A stretch of 64,000 nt of DNA. It comes from Octopus sinensis. Its lineage: Eukaryota. The notes beneath the pieces were generated by a model. The model had not been told where the DNA came from and did no database searches. It was given only the letters and a program-made list of their open reading frames with translations. Positions 11,178 to 25,500 of the stretch are shown here, one piece after another; position 1 is the first letter of the stretch; each line of letters starts with the position of its first letter. The stretch spans positions 78,306,001 to 78,370,000 of the forward strand of contig NC_043005.1 of the NCBI RefSeq assembly GCF_006345805.1. The letters run 5' to 3'. A program made the translations under genes and the position numbers.

Positions 11178-14100
11178 CACACATATATACACACACACAC
11201 ACATATAGGACAGTCTTCCTTCAGTTTCCGTCTACCAAATCCACTCACAAGGCTTTGGTTGGCCCGAGGCTATAGTAGAAGACAATTGCCCAAGGTGTCA
11301 CACAGTGAAACTGAACCCGGAACCATGTGGTTGGTAAGCAAGGTACTTACCACACAGCCACTCCTGCGCCTACTAATTACTACTAAGTAATTTTAATTGA
11401 ACTTATTGAATTCTTTCATGCAGTAAGCTGGCAGAATCATTAGAGCATTGGTCAGCTTTGCTTTTCATCCCTCTGGGGTCAATAAAATAAACAACCCATG
11501 AAGTGCTGAGGTCAGTGCTATTGACTTATCTCCTTGATCTAAAATTACTGATCTTATTCCTAAACCACAAACTATTTCTGAATTCTTCATACTGAAAGTA
11601 ATTTATCTATTATTAAATGAAGGCACATGCAAGAGAGATGTTTGCGCTGGTGTGGTCATGTACTATGGATGGATGAGGAGAGATGTGTGAAGAAGTGCCA
11701 CTCCCAAACAGTTGAAGGAATCTGGGGTAGAGGTAGACCCAGGAAGACATAGGATGAGGTGGTCAAGCATGACCTTTGAACGTTGGGCCTCACAGAGGCA
11801 ATGACGAAAGACCAAGACCTCTGGAGATATGCTGTGACTGTGAAGACCCAACAAATAACATGAGTTCATGGCTGTTTCCTGCAACAGCTTCACATAGCAG
11901 CCCCAGCCCATCCAAAGTACCTTGGATCACAGGACGGTTTGCTATGCTTACCTTGGATCCTGCTGTGCTTGAGGAGACCTATTGAGTCGAGTACATCAAC
12001 ATCAAAATAAAAATCAAATGGAAATTGTAGTTGTGATACCCATGCTGGTAGCACATAAAAAGCACCAACCAAATGTGGATGTTGCCAGCCTCCCCTGACA
12101 CCAGTACCGGTGGCACATAAGAAGCACCCACTAAACTCATGGAGTGGTTGGTGTTAGGAAGGGCATCCAGCTGTAGAAACACTGCCAGATCAGACTGGAG
12201 CCTTGTGCAGCCTCCTGGTTTCCCAGATCCCAGTCAAATCGTCCTACCCATGCTAGCAAGGAAAACGGACTTTAAACGATGATGATGACATGGCTCAGTG
12301 GTTAGAGCATTGGGCTCACAATCATGAGGTAGTGAGTTTGATTCCTGGACTGGGTTGTATGCCATGTTCTTGAGCAAGGCACATTATTTCACATTGCTCC
12401 CGTTCACTCAGCTTTAGAAATGAGTTTTGATGTCAATGGTGCCAAGCTGCATCAGCCTTTGCCTTTCCTTTGGATAACAGCAGTGGCAAAGATGACAGAG
12501 GCTGGTATACATAGGCGACTGGGTCTTCTATAAACAACCTGCCTGGACTTGTACCTCAGAGGGGAACTTTCTAGGTGCAATCCCATGGTCATTTGTGATT
12601 AACTCTTTAGCATTTAAACCGGCCATATCCGGCCAAAAGTATTCTGCCTGTTTTATGTTCAAACTGGCCAGATCTGGTCTCTCACACCAGCCCCACAACA
12701 TCGTTTTAAAATTTAACAGCTACCTCATCAAAATCTCATAGCTACAAGATAATGCATGATTAGTTCAAAACAATGTGGATAAAAAAGCATTAATTTTGGT
12801 AGAATAATGTGAACACTAAAGGGTTAAAGGCGGTCTTCTTTTTAAATGATATTAAAAAACTGTTATAAAAATATTCTTTGCAGTCTTCAGTATTATTGTT
12901 TAACTATAACTGGCAGTCGGTTGGTTACAACAATAAGACTGGCAGGCTGGAAATAAATCAGATATTAGTGACAAAAGCAGTATTATTACTAAATGGCAGT
13001 CTTTAAATTCTGCTTAATGTACATGCATTATAAGAGTGCAATAATACTGCAGCGTTTATCCTCATAAAGCTTTTTGTATAGACATTTAATGGATAAAAAC
13101 ATTGAGTACCATCCTGCACGTATGTATAAGGCAGGCAGAAAACCATGCACCAAAACATTTTATGTAAGGTGGCACGCTGGCAGAATCATTAACACATCAG
13201 GCAAAATGTTTAGCAGCATTTCGTCTGTTCTTACATTCTGAGTTCAAATTTCACTGAGGTCGACTTTACCTTTCATCCTTTCAAGCTTGATGAAATAAGT
13301 ACCAGTTGAATGCTGGGGTCAGTGTTATCAACTTACTCCTTCCCCCAAAATTTCAGGCCTTGTGCCTATAGTGAAAAAGGGTTCTTATTATTAAGGTGGT
13401 GAATTGACAGAATTGTTTGCACACCTGTCAAAATGCTTAGAGGTATTTTGTCTGACTTTACGTTGTGAGTTCAAATTCCACTGAGGTCGACTTTGCCTTT
13501 CTTTTTATCGGGGTCAATGAATTAAGTACCAGTTAAGTACTGGAGTTGATGTGATCAACTGTCTCCTTCCACTCAAATTCCAGGCCTTGTGCTTATAGTA
13601 GAAAGGATTATTATTATTATTTTTATTATTGAATGAAATGGCAGTGCATGCCATCAAAGTGACACTGGGGTACAATTATATAAAGCCCAATATACCTATC
13701 ATGACTACCCATCTGATAAGGGTACACCGAGGCGCATGCATCACAACCATATGTGTACGACATGGTGATCTTTTATCAAGATAAACAGCGCATGACCTTG
13801 CAGAGAGGGCCCAGTTAGAATATTCTCAGGTTGAGTAACCTATCCCACTCAAAAGGTCCCTGATTAACGGTTTATTATTTTTCATTTTGTTCATCATATA
13901 CATGTTTTCATCATTATTTTGTGCATTTTATTCGATTTTGGAAAAATTCTAGCATGTCTTTGACAATTATGGAGTGTATTGAACTTACTTTGCATGTGGA
14001 TTATATACATATGTGTGTGTGTGTGTGTGTGTGCAAGGTATGCCAGAAGATCTGCAAATCTGATGGAGTCCTCAAATGACATTTTAAGATCCACAAAGAT

Positions 14101-16480
14101 CAGAACATAACTGCAGCTCTTGGAGGTCACAAATCAGATATGCAATCTATGTGGGTGTCTTTTCAAAACATTGTCTGGTTCAAAAAGGCCACATTAGATG
14201 CCATGATGGTTCTAAGGTGTAGGTACAGGAGGTGGTCAAACTCTGCAATAGGAGAGACAACCACCGTATGCATGTAAATGTTTACCCAAATGTCATGCTG
14301 TCATGTACATGTGGACTATTACATACTCTCTGATATGCAATGATGAAGAATATGAAATGTCTGTTGAATGGCAATCCAGACACATACTATCATCTATCCA
14401 CTTTTTCTGACTAGCTGTTATTGTTTTATCTCAGGGTAACTGTGATGGAGCAGACTTATGAACAAAGACATTCCAGCCATAACCTTCTCCTTTTTTTAGG
14501 TACTTCTTGGCATCAACAGCATCATCATCATCATCGTTTAATGTCCGTTTTCCATGCTGGCATGGATTGGCTGGTTCGACCGGGGTCTGGGAAGCCAGGA
14601 GGCTGCACCAGGCTCCAGCCTAATTTGGTAGTGTTTCTGCAGCTGGATGCCCTTCCTAATGCCAACCACTCCGTGAGTGTAGTGGGTACTTTTTACGTGC
14701 CACTCAAGGTGGCGCTGGCATCGACCACGTACGGATAGTGCATTTTACGTGCCACCAGCACAGGTGCCAGGGGAGGCTGGCATATGGCCACGATCGGTTG
14801 GTGCCTTTTACATGTCACCGACACAGACGCCAGTCAGCGCTGGCATCAGCCACGTTCGGATGGTGCTTTTACATGCCATATATATTTATATATATGATGA
14901 TGATGATACATCTTTGTGTTTCTCCTCCATCACTGTGTGACATAATGTTGGTTTGTTTATGTTCCTGTAACTTCGCAGTTTAGTAAAAGAGACCGATAGA
15001 ATGAGTACTAGACTTTTAAGACAAAATTAGTATGGGGATTTGACTTACTTGACTAAACTATTCAAGATGGTGCCCCAGCATGACCCTAGCCTGATTATTG
15101 TAACCAGTGAAAGGTCATGTTTAAAAGTACCACTTAGTGTCTTCTTGACCTAGGGCAGGGTGCATTACTTGTCACATAACACAAACTATGAATTAATTAA
15201 TTACTTGATTCCTAAGCAAACTCAATCGAGGTTTGTTCTGGTCAAACCACTATGGCATTTTTCATTTTGAGTCAATGTTTTCTTTCTACTCTCTCTGGCT
15301 ATAAATTAAAACTACCTAAAAGCAGGTTGATACACACAGGCATATTGGGTGCACCTCAATACCAGTGGTACATATCCAGGTTAAAACATGTTTTTAGTGC
15401 ATAAGAGAACCTTCTTATGGAAGTTCCAATGACTCACATATCGGACTGGGGTGATTTTTTTTCTTCTCTTGTAAGAATATGTCGTATATGTCTTTAACCC
15501 TTTAGCGTTTAAAGCAGTCATATCTGGCCCAAATGTTTGATCTGTTTTATGTTCAAAGTAGGCGCAGGAGTGGCTGTGTGGTAAGTAGCTTGCTTACCAA
15601 CCACATGATTCTGAGTTCAGTCCCACTGCATGGCACCTTGGGCAAGTGTCTTTCTACTATAGCCTCCGGTCGACCAAAGCCTTGTGGGTGGATTTGGTAG
15701 ATGGAAACTGAAAGAAGCCCGTCATATATGTGTATGTATATATATGTATGTGTGTGTGTATATGTTTGTGTGTCTGTGTTTGTCCCCCCTACATCGCTTG
15801 ACAACCGATGCTGGTGTGTTTACGCCCCCGTAACTTAGTGGTTCGGCAAAAGTCAGACCGATAGAATAAGTACTAGGTTTCCAAAGAATAAGTCCTGGGG
15901 TCGATTTGCTCGACTAAAGGCGGTGCTCCAGCATGGCTGCAGTCAAATGACTGAAACAAGTAAAAGAGTAAACCAGCTGTATCCTGTCTCTCACACCTAT
16001 TCTACAATGTCATCCTAAAAACAAACAATTACATCTTAGAAATCTCAGAGCTACAAGATAATACAGTAGTAATTTTTATAAATGTGAATAAAAAAGCATT
16101 ACATTTGATAAAGTAATCTGAATGTTAAAGGTTTAAATACTGTTCCTTGTGGAAGTTTAGTAAAAATTGTATATGAAAATTGCACTACACCCAGAGTTGT
16201 GGGTGTGGTCTGTTCTGTGTCCTGGTTTTTATAGCATTCAGCAGGAGACAGACTCATCGTATTCCACCTCCTGTGAGACCACTCGTCTGTGAGGAGAAAA
16301 TTTTGTGCTTGGCTGTATGGTAAGAAGTTTGCTTTTCCAACCACATGGTTCCAGGTTCAGTCCCACTGTGTGGCACTTTGGGCAGGTGTCTTCTACTATA
16401 TCCTTGGATCACCCAAAGCCATGTGAGTGGATTTGGTTGATAGAAACTGAAAGAAGACTATTGTATGTATATATATATAC

Positions 16481-16514
<34 letters not shown>

Positions 16515-19500
16515 GTGTATATATGCATGTGTGTGTTTGTTTGTTCCTTCACCAACTGGTGTTGGTGTGTTTATGTCCCTATACCATAGCAGTTTGGCAA
16601 AGGAAACTGATAGAATAAATACCAAGCTTAGAAAAAAAAAACAAGTCCTGTGGTCGATTTTGTCAACTAAAATTCTGCAAGGTGGTGCCCCAGCATTGCC
16701 ACTGTCTAATGACTGTGTTGTGTGACAAGTACTGCTCCGTGTCCCTGCCCTAGGTCAAGAAGACACTGAGCGGTACTCTTAAACCCTGACCTTTCACTGG
16801 TTACAGTCATCAGGCTAGGGCCATGCTGGGGCACCATCTTGAATAGTTTAGTCAAATAAGTCAAATCCCTGTACTGATTTTGTCTTAAATGTCTGTACAT
16901 ATTCTATCGATCTCTTTTACTAAACTGCTAAGTTATGGGAACATAAACAAACTAACAGTGTGTCATACAGTGATGGAAGACAAACACATATAAACATACA
17001 TACATACAAATAAACATACATATAAACATACATACATACAAGCGTACATACATACATACAAATGTACATACATGCAAGCGTACATACATACAAGCATACA
17101 TACATACAAATGTACATACATACATACATACATACATACAAGCGTACATACATACAAGCGTACATACATTCATTAATTCATTCATTCATACATTGTTTAA
17201 TGACTGCTAAAACTGAGCAAACAATATCGAATGTCTTGCCCAACAACTCAATTGCCTACCCTGTAGTAGAATTGAACTCCCAATAAAAGCTATTTGATTT
17301 CAGTCAACAGTTGTAGGAACATCAGTTAAGACAGCTGTTCAAAGCAGATGTTACTCGAGAGATTTTCAGCAGTTTACATTGATTTATTGCTTTGTGAAAA
17401 CAGTTTTAACAAATATTCTATTGTTTGTTAGCTGTTTCTTTATAAAGATGTTTGTTAACGTTTCTGTTTAACTCCATGTTAAACCTGATTCTGCAGATTT
17501 ATGACCGAGCACATTCCAGCTGTGACCACTCCATGTGTATGTCAGTAACTATGTTGACCAGTGGGTTCCCTCCTTGAGAGAGTTAGGTGGAATTTGATGG
17601 AGATTTGGCTGCTATTTCTCATAAGCCATGCAACTGCTTGAGGGATCAGTGGTTCTCAATGAGGGTCCATGTAAGGTTTTGTTGAAATTTATATGCAGTA
17701 AATTGGTTGTACTTCTAAAGTACACTGTGTGATAAGAAGCTTCCTTCTCAACCACATGGTTCAGTGTTCAGAATGGAAACTGAAAGAAGCCCATTGCATA
17801 TATCGGGGAAACCTACTTTTTTTCTGTTGAGGGCTTATATGCCCCATTAGTAGACTATTTCCTTTAGTCATTGCACAGTGATCGCTTATAAGCTTTAAGC
17901 TTATAAAAATCCCCGTAATGTAATGGTTTGGCAAAAGAGACTGATAGAATAAGTGCCAAACTTAAAATAAGAATGAGGGTTGAGATGTTCAACTAAACCA
18001 GGGGTAGGGAAACCCCCACCTGTGGGTGCAATTACGCCCATAAGCCCATTTTATTGCACCTACAGGCTGGCGTACTTGTATGTGCCAAATATAGTCAATT
18101 TTTCAGTTATAAAATTTATACAATACTCGTCTGCCTCTTTGCAACATAGTCCCACTACGACTTAAAACGGTTAGACTCCAACAGAAAATAGTCCGGCAAT
18201 TGCCATTTGAATGGAAATTTTGTTTCCACTATAAAACACATATTGCTAATTTTGTACCAACCCCTTTGAGACCCAACTACACTCTTGCTGAGAAATACAG
18301 AATACCTCATAAGTAATGTAAATGTCCTAAATTCAGTGGTGGCATTAATGAAGATGTTATGTGTTAATTTAATCTCTGTGAAACTCACCTTTATTAATGT
18401 ATATCGAATTATACATAGATATATACAAGATTTACATAGATGTAATAGTTAAAACTTGTGATTCTCCGGCGGACCTTTTTTTTTTTTTTTTTTGAAGATT
18501 TTTGCCCGCCACAAATGTTTCTAGTGACTGAAATGAGAAAAGATGATAAAGAAAACATTACGTTTAATATTTTGTTTTTGGATTTGGTTTGCAAGATTCT
18601 TTGTATGAGTTTGTGTGTTGAAGCATATTCTGTTGCAACACGCAATGAAAATTTTAGAAAATGAAAATAAGAAATAAGTGGAAATTTTACCGGTGAGTGT
18701 GTTAAATAATAAGGCACTAAAAGAGAATGACTCTCCCCAGACACAACAGAATTACTTTTAACCCTTTAGCATTTAAACCGGCCATATCCGGCCAAAAGTA
18801 TTCTGCTTGTTTTATGTTCAAACTGGCCATATCTGATCTCTCACACCAGCCCTACAATATCATCTTAAAAATTAACAGCTACCTCATCAAAATCTCATAG
18901 CTACAAGATAATGCATGATTAGTTCAAAACAATGTGGATAAAGAAGCATTAGTTTTGGCAGAATAATGTGAACACTAAAGGGTTAATGTATTATTAAAAA
19001 AAAAACCGCATAATCTGTTTATCATTTTTGTATTTAACTATCAACTAAATGTCAAGACTTTCATTTTGAACAAGTAATCTGAACATGGATTTTTGATGTC
19101 AAATATTATTTTTTATTTTCTCTTTGTTGCAGGTAGTTACTAGCGCTGCCACTTGTGTAGCACTTCTGTTGTTTTTAGGAAATGTTGACACAAAACAGAA
19201 TTATGTACACGTCAATCTAAGTGCGAAATGGAACTCAACGCCTCTTTTTTTGGAAGCCAGGTAATAATAATTAGTAATTCCTGTTTCTTCTTCTTCAGTA
19301 AATAATAACAATAATAATAAATGCCCTGATGTAGTACCAGGCAGTGGCTCTCATGGCTTCTGGTCTTAACTGATTGGAAGTGCTATCATGCACATTGTTT
19401 TGTCTTGGTATAAAAGATGGGCTACAGCAAATATTCTGCTCGATACCACAGATTTACTTGTCAGTTGTTTGACCGTAACCAGTTGAGAATGTACCTTGGT

Positions 19501-22500
19501 GACTGATGAGATGTGCATCTCTGATCATGAGCAGAAGTAGTGGGGGAACATCATAGCCATGAGCTGAGAGGAATTCTTTGGGATTTGAATAATTCTTCTC
19601 TGGAAACATGAGTGTTTCGTACATCATCCTTGAACAACCCTTATTCAGGGGCATTTTGAGCAGGATGGGTTACTCGACCTGAAGGAAATTCTAACTGGGC
19701 CCCACCTGCAAGGTCATACACTGTTAACCTTGATATGTGATCACCACTATATTACGCATATATGGTTGTGATGCATATGCCTGAGGTACCGTTATCAGAC
19801 GGGTAGTCTTGATGGATATACTAGGCTTATAGTGTCACTTTGATGGCATGCACTGCTCTCTCACTCAATAATAATAATAACAATAATTAGTTATCACTGT
19901 TTCTTCAGTAAAAAATACCAATAAATATTTCCATTTCATCCCTAGTTTATCATCATCTTCATTTACTGCCACTTTTCCATGCTTGCATAGGTCAGATGGA
20001 ATTTGTTGAGGCAGATTTTCTACAGCTGGATGCTCTTTCTGTTGCCAACCCTTGCCTGTTTCCAACCAAGATAATATTTCCCCTTGACCAAACAAGTATT
20101 TTCATTGGAAGACTGGAAATTGGCAGCATTGCTCGTAGGATGCTGACACTTGCTTGGAAACCATCATATAATGTCAAGACAAGAGTATGTGTTTGTGTGG
20201 TTAGAAGTTTGCTTCCCAACCACTTGATACCGGGTTCAGTCCTACTGTGTGGCACCTTGGGCAATTGTCTTGAAAATGGACATTAATTGATGATGATATC
20301 AAAGATATAAAAAGAAATAATAAAGACATTCAGTAGAATATTAACAGTGAACTGGACTATTATTTGTTGATGTTTTCTTTCTTTCTTTTTTAAAATCTTG
20401 TTTATTTGTTTTTCTTATTTATTCATTTATTTCTTTGAACAGTGAGTTCCTTTATCATGAAAATGAAGATTACTTCTGGAGATTTGTGGATGATGTTAGC
20501 CAGAGAACGTCCGAGGAGATCAAATCAAGTTAGTAATTCCTTTGCCTTTACATTTCTGTCTGTCATTTCCAATTCCCAATTCCACATTAAGGGGTCACAG
20601 ACATGTAGTTAGAATGTCACAGGAAAGAATCACAAGAGGAATTCTTCAAGCTGAGCCTAGAGTTATACCATAAATGAGATGGTTGGATAGCATATACAGT
20701 TTCAGCTTCCAGCTGGGAAGTTTAGGGATAGTTGCTTTTGTTAGGACCTCTTTGGAAGAGGCACCTTAGTATATTACTCCCACAACCATCTTGGGAACAG
20801 TAAGCACCAAAAATAGCTGAATGGATGGCTGTATACATACATATGTCAACATCATCCCCATCATCTCATCATCATGGATTGGCATGGATTGGATGGTTTG
20901 ACAGGAGCTGGAGAGCTGCACCAGGCTCCACTTGTCTGTTTTGGTTTGATATGGAAAGCAGACATTAAACGATGATGATGATGATGATATCATTATCATC
21001 ATCGTTTAGCGTCCGCTTTCCATGCTAGCATGGGTTGGACGGTTCAACTGGGGTCTGGGAAGCCAGGCCCAGTCTGATCTGGCAATATTTCTACGGCTGG
21101 ATGCCCTTCCTTGCGCCAACCACTCATTGAGTGTAGTGGGTGCTTTTTACGTGCCACCAGCACAGGTGCCAGACGAGGCTGGCAGACGGCCACGATCAGT
21201 TGGTGCTTTTTACGTGCCACCGGCACGGAGGTCAGGCGAGGCTGGCAACAGCCACGATCGGATGGTGCTTTTTACGTGCCACTGGCACGGAGGCCAGTCG
21301 GGGTGGCACTGGCAACAGCCACGTTCAGATGGTTCTCTTATCTGCCACCGGATGGTTCTCTTTTTTTTTATATATATACATACATACACACACACACACA
21401 ACAGCAATACACATACTCTCTTGTGTGCAACAAACCTCTTTCAGTTCCTGGAAAACAGACATTAACTGATGATGGGGATGATGTTGACATATGTATGTAT
21501 ACAGCCATCCGTTCAGCTATTTTCAGTGCCTACTGTTCCCAAGGGTTTTGGTCGACCCAGGGTTGTAGTAAAAGACACATGCTCACAGAGCAGTGCAGTG
21601 GGGCTTAACCTGAGACACCATGTGTCTATGAAGCAACCTTCTTAACTACACATCCATGTTTGTGCCTGTCTCTAATATTCTTTAGTACTAACAATGATAA
21701 TGATGATGACTTTCCTGTACTCAGATTCATATACAATCTATAACTGATGACCTTGGTGATTAGTATAATTTTAAGATATTTTCTTGTTCTTCTGTCATAT
21801 TATCTATTTGAAATTTAATACTGTTTAGCAGCAGAAATGTGAAAGTAAACATTGACTATTCTTCAAGGCTGATGTCTTTGTCTTTATGTTCATACACAGT
21901 TCATATGTAATATATGTTCATGTTCATATCAGTATAATCAGATCTGATCTTAGTTATAGTATATTTACTTTGTCTATTTTAGCAAATGTTTTCATCTTCT
22001 TTTTACATCTAAATCCTGTGCCTCTTGCTATGTCTGTTCTTTGTTGTCTGCTCCTCTTCAATCAGTACCAAGCTAGCTTCCGTTAGAACCTAGATGCTCC
22101 AAGTTACTTCCCACATCCCTGGAATATGAAAAGGATGAATGAAGCCAGCTCAACCCACCCCGGGTGAATGCTGTCTCAAGACAAGAAGAAGAAGAATATG
22201 AAAGGGCCAATTCTTATCTCTCTGTTTCATGATATTTCACATGCAGATACTAAGTTCACTCCAGGTTAGGAAGAGAGTTTATTGAAATTGTAGCATAATA
22301 TCTCCATCTCTAGCATCTATTCCTCTGGCCTGCTGTGTGAATTATCATCATCGTCATTTACTGTCTACTTTTCCATGCTTGCATAGGTCAGATGGAATTT
22401 GTTGAGGTAGATTTTCTCTGGGTGGGTGCTCTTCCTGTCAGTAACTCTCACCCATTTCCAAGCAAGGCAATATATTCCCGTAGCTAGAAATGTTTTACAC

Positions 22501-25500
22501 AGGAGACTGGAAACAAAAAAATCTTGCTTGTATAATGATGATGATGATGATACTCGTATACAACTATCACAGGATCTCTAATCAAGTGTACACACATACT
22601 TTATCTCTCTCTTTCTCTCTTTCTCTCTTTCTCTCACACGCACACATACATGTAAGTGTGAGAGCTTCTTTCAGTTTCCAGTTACCATATTCATTCACAA
22701 GGGTTATAGTAGAAAATTCTTGCCTAAAGTTCCAAACAATGGAACTCAATCCAAGACCACATACTTGAGAAACTAGCTTCTTAAATGGTCATGAAACACC
22801 TGCTGTGTTAATTAATTTTATTGCCTAAACTCAACAGAATACCTTCAGCTGATTTGGATTTCCAGCTTATTAACAAGTCTGACTAATAGGCTCACTAAGC
22901 CAACAAAGTCTCTATACATCAGCTTGATGCGCTAGAAATAAGTCCAGCGAGATGTTCCCTCATTTTTCAAGACTCATCATCTTCATTTAACTGCCATGGG
23001 TTGGACAGTTGGACAGAATCCAATAAACTAGAGGACTGCATTGAGCTCCAATTTCTCTTTTGGTGGTGTTTCTATGGCTGTATGCTCTTCCTAACACCAA
23101 ACACTTTACAAAGTACACCTGTTGCTTTCTTTTTGTTTCACCAGCTCTAGTGAGATCGTCAGATAACTTGCAAGGCAAAAAAAAAGATGCTTGACTGTGT
23201 GGGATTGTAATAGAGAGGGAGATGACTTTCTGGCAGCTATTAAGAGGTTAAAGTATGATAGAGTGACTAGCACACGTGTCTTGCTTTTGCAGAGGTACAT
23301 GGCTACCCTGTATTACAAAAGCATGGGTAGAAGTAACTGGAAAGACGACGACGATTTTGGCGATGTCGGTGTCAGAGTGTACTCTCAAGATACAAGAAGG
23401 TGAGTATAGGAGAGAACGGTTAGCCTGCATTACTCCTTAAGAAACATAGGGCTGGTTTGCTTGTTTCTCTGGCATATATATTCCCCATCTGGACAGGATG
23501 CTGGTCTATCACAGGGTTAATCATTTTTACCTGCTGAGTTGACTGGAGCAGCATCACCTGGTTCAGGAATCGAAACCACAATCTTATGATCATGAGTCCA
23601 ACACCCTAACCACTAAGCCATGCACCACCTCCACATGGTTGAGAATACAGGTAAAGAATTGAGAAACGTGGATGAATAGGTTCATCAGTTTGAGAGGAAG
23701 CTGACAGATGGTTAGAGGCAGGTGTTGAGAAGAATGTCAGTATTTTTTATTTCGTTTTTCTTTTTTTTTCCATTACAGGTTCCAAAGAAACTTCCTACAA
23801 TCTTCTCTTGGAGATGGCTGCTAAGTATCTCTCTTCTTTACAGCTTAACTTACTTAAGCTTACATTATCGTTGCGTGTCCATTCTCCAGATGTCGAGATG
23901 TATAGTCAGGTTTGTACAGTCAGTTCATATTCGTCACTTTGTATTTTTTCCATTCAGGCTTCTTCACCATTTCCTTTATCACCGTTTTGGCATCCACCTT
24001 CCTCCCTGTACTTGCATGGGTTTCATGTAATTCGTTGAGGCAGATTTGTTATGGTTGAATGCTTCCCGTCATAACATCACCCCTCAGCTGTTTCCGAGCA
24101 AGGTAATACTTCCCCATGGCTGAGATGTTTACACAGAAGATAGGAAACAAACAACACTGTTTGTATGACAGTGACATTTAAGGTACCTCGAAAGGTACTC
24201 AGCCACTTTGCCTCCATGGGGCCCGTCGTTCAAAAGTTGATTTAAAAAAATTTTTTTTACGTCCCACCAGCATGTGTGCACTTGGCTTGACGGGTCCTCT
24301 TAAGCAGAGCACATTGCCAAAGGTTTCAGTCACTAGTCATTGCCTCTGTGAGGTTCAAAGTTCGAAGGTCATGCTTCACCACCTCATCCCATGTCTTCCT
24401 GGGTCTACTTCTACCACAGGTTCCCTCCACAGTTGGAGACTGGTACTTCTTTACACAGCTGTCTTCGTCCATATGCATCACATACCAGCATAGTCGTTTT
24501 TCTTGTACACCACATCTGATTCCTCTTATGCTTAACTTTTCTCTCAAGATGCTTACACTCTGTAGTACATGATATTGCACATCCAGTGAAGCATAGTCGC
24601 TTCATTTATCTCTAGCTTACACATGTCCTTGGCTGTTATATCCCATGTTTCACTGCCATGCAGCATAGCTGTTCGCACACAAGCATCAAACAATCTGCCT
24701 TTCTCTCTGAGAGAGACATTCTTTGTTGCCAGCAGGGGCAGGAGCTCTCTGAATTTTGCCCAACCCAATCTTATTCTTGTATGTACATACATACATACAT
24801 GTGTGTGTGTACGTACATTTATGTATGTACTTATATGTATGTATGTACTTACATTTATGTATGTACATACATACATGTATGTATGGATCAATTGTTTAGT
24901 TTCAGAATGATATTGTAGGGTGGGTGTGAAAAGCTAGATCTGTCTGGTCGGAACCTAAAACCAATAGAATATTTGGGCTAAATATGGCTGATTTAAATGC
25001 TAAAAAGTTAAATTAAATCTTTTTTTTTTTAATTTTTTGCTTTTTATATGTCTTATTGCAAATTATACTAATTCGTGAAGTTTGAAAGTTTTTGTTTAAG
25101 GTGATGCTTTCTTTTCCTTTTCTGATTGTAGATGGCTCAGGAAGAGAAAAAAAACTTATTTGTCTCGCAGAAGAAATTAGCTGATAACTGTGATGTGTTT
25201 GTAAATATTCATGGTGAAGTAACATGTAACGTTAATGATATTGATACACTTATTAAATCTGCTCCAAAGAGGTAAATACTTTCTACATATATTCATCTAT
25301 TCATTCATTGTTTTAACCTTAACTATTCCATGCTTGTATGGCTCGGATGGTGTTTGTTGAGGCAGATTCTTTACGACTGGATGCCCTTCCTGTCACCAAG
25401 CCTCACCTGTTTCCAAGTCAGATAATATTTTCCTAGGGCCAAACTTGTTTTTTCATTGTTGTTCATTTATAACCATTGCAGAGTATCTGGACAAGGGTAC

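Noticed and set aside
17886-17906. Small perfect palindromes (also 42405-42422)
   Set aside because: Short and AT- or microsatellite-derived; expected by chance
19500-19530. ctgatgag as a hammerhead core
   Set aside because: No GAAA or stems I/III in the right arrangement
20985-21350. Repeat-spacer-like array resembling CRISPR
   Set aside because: Degenerate tandem units of a LINE 3'UTR in a eukaryote; no unique spacers and no cas genes
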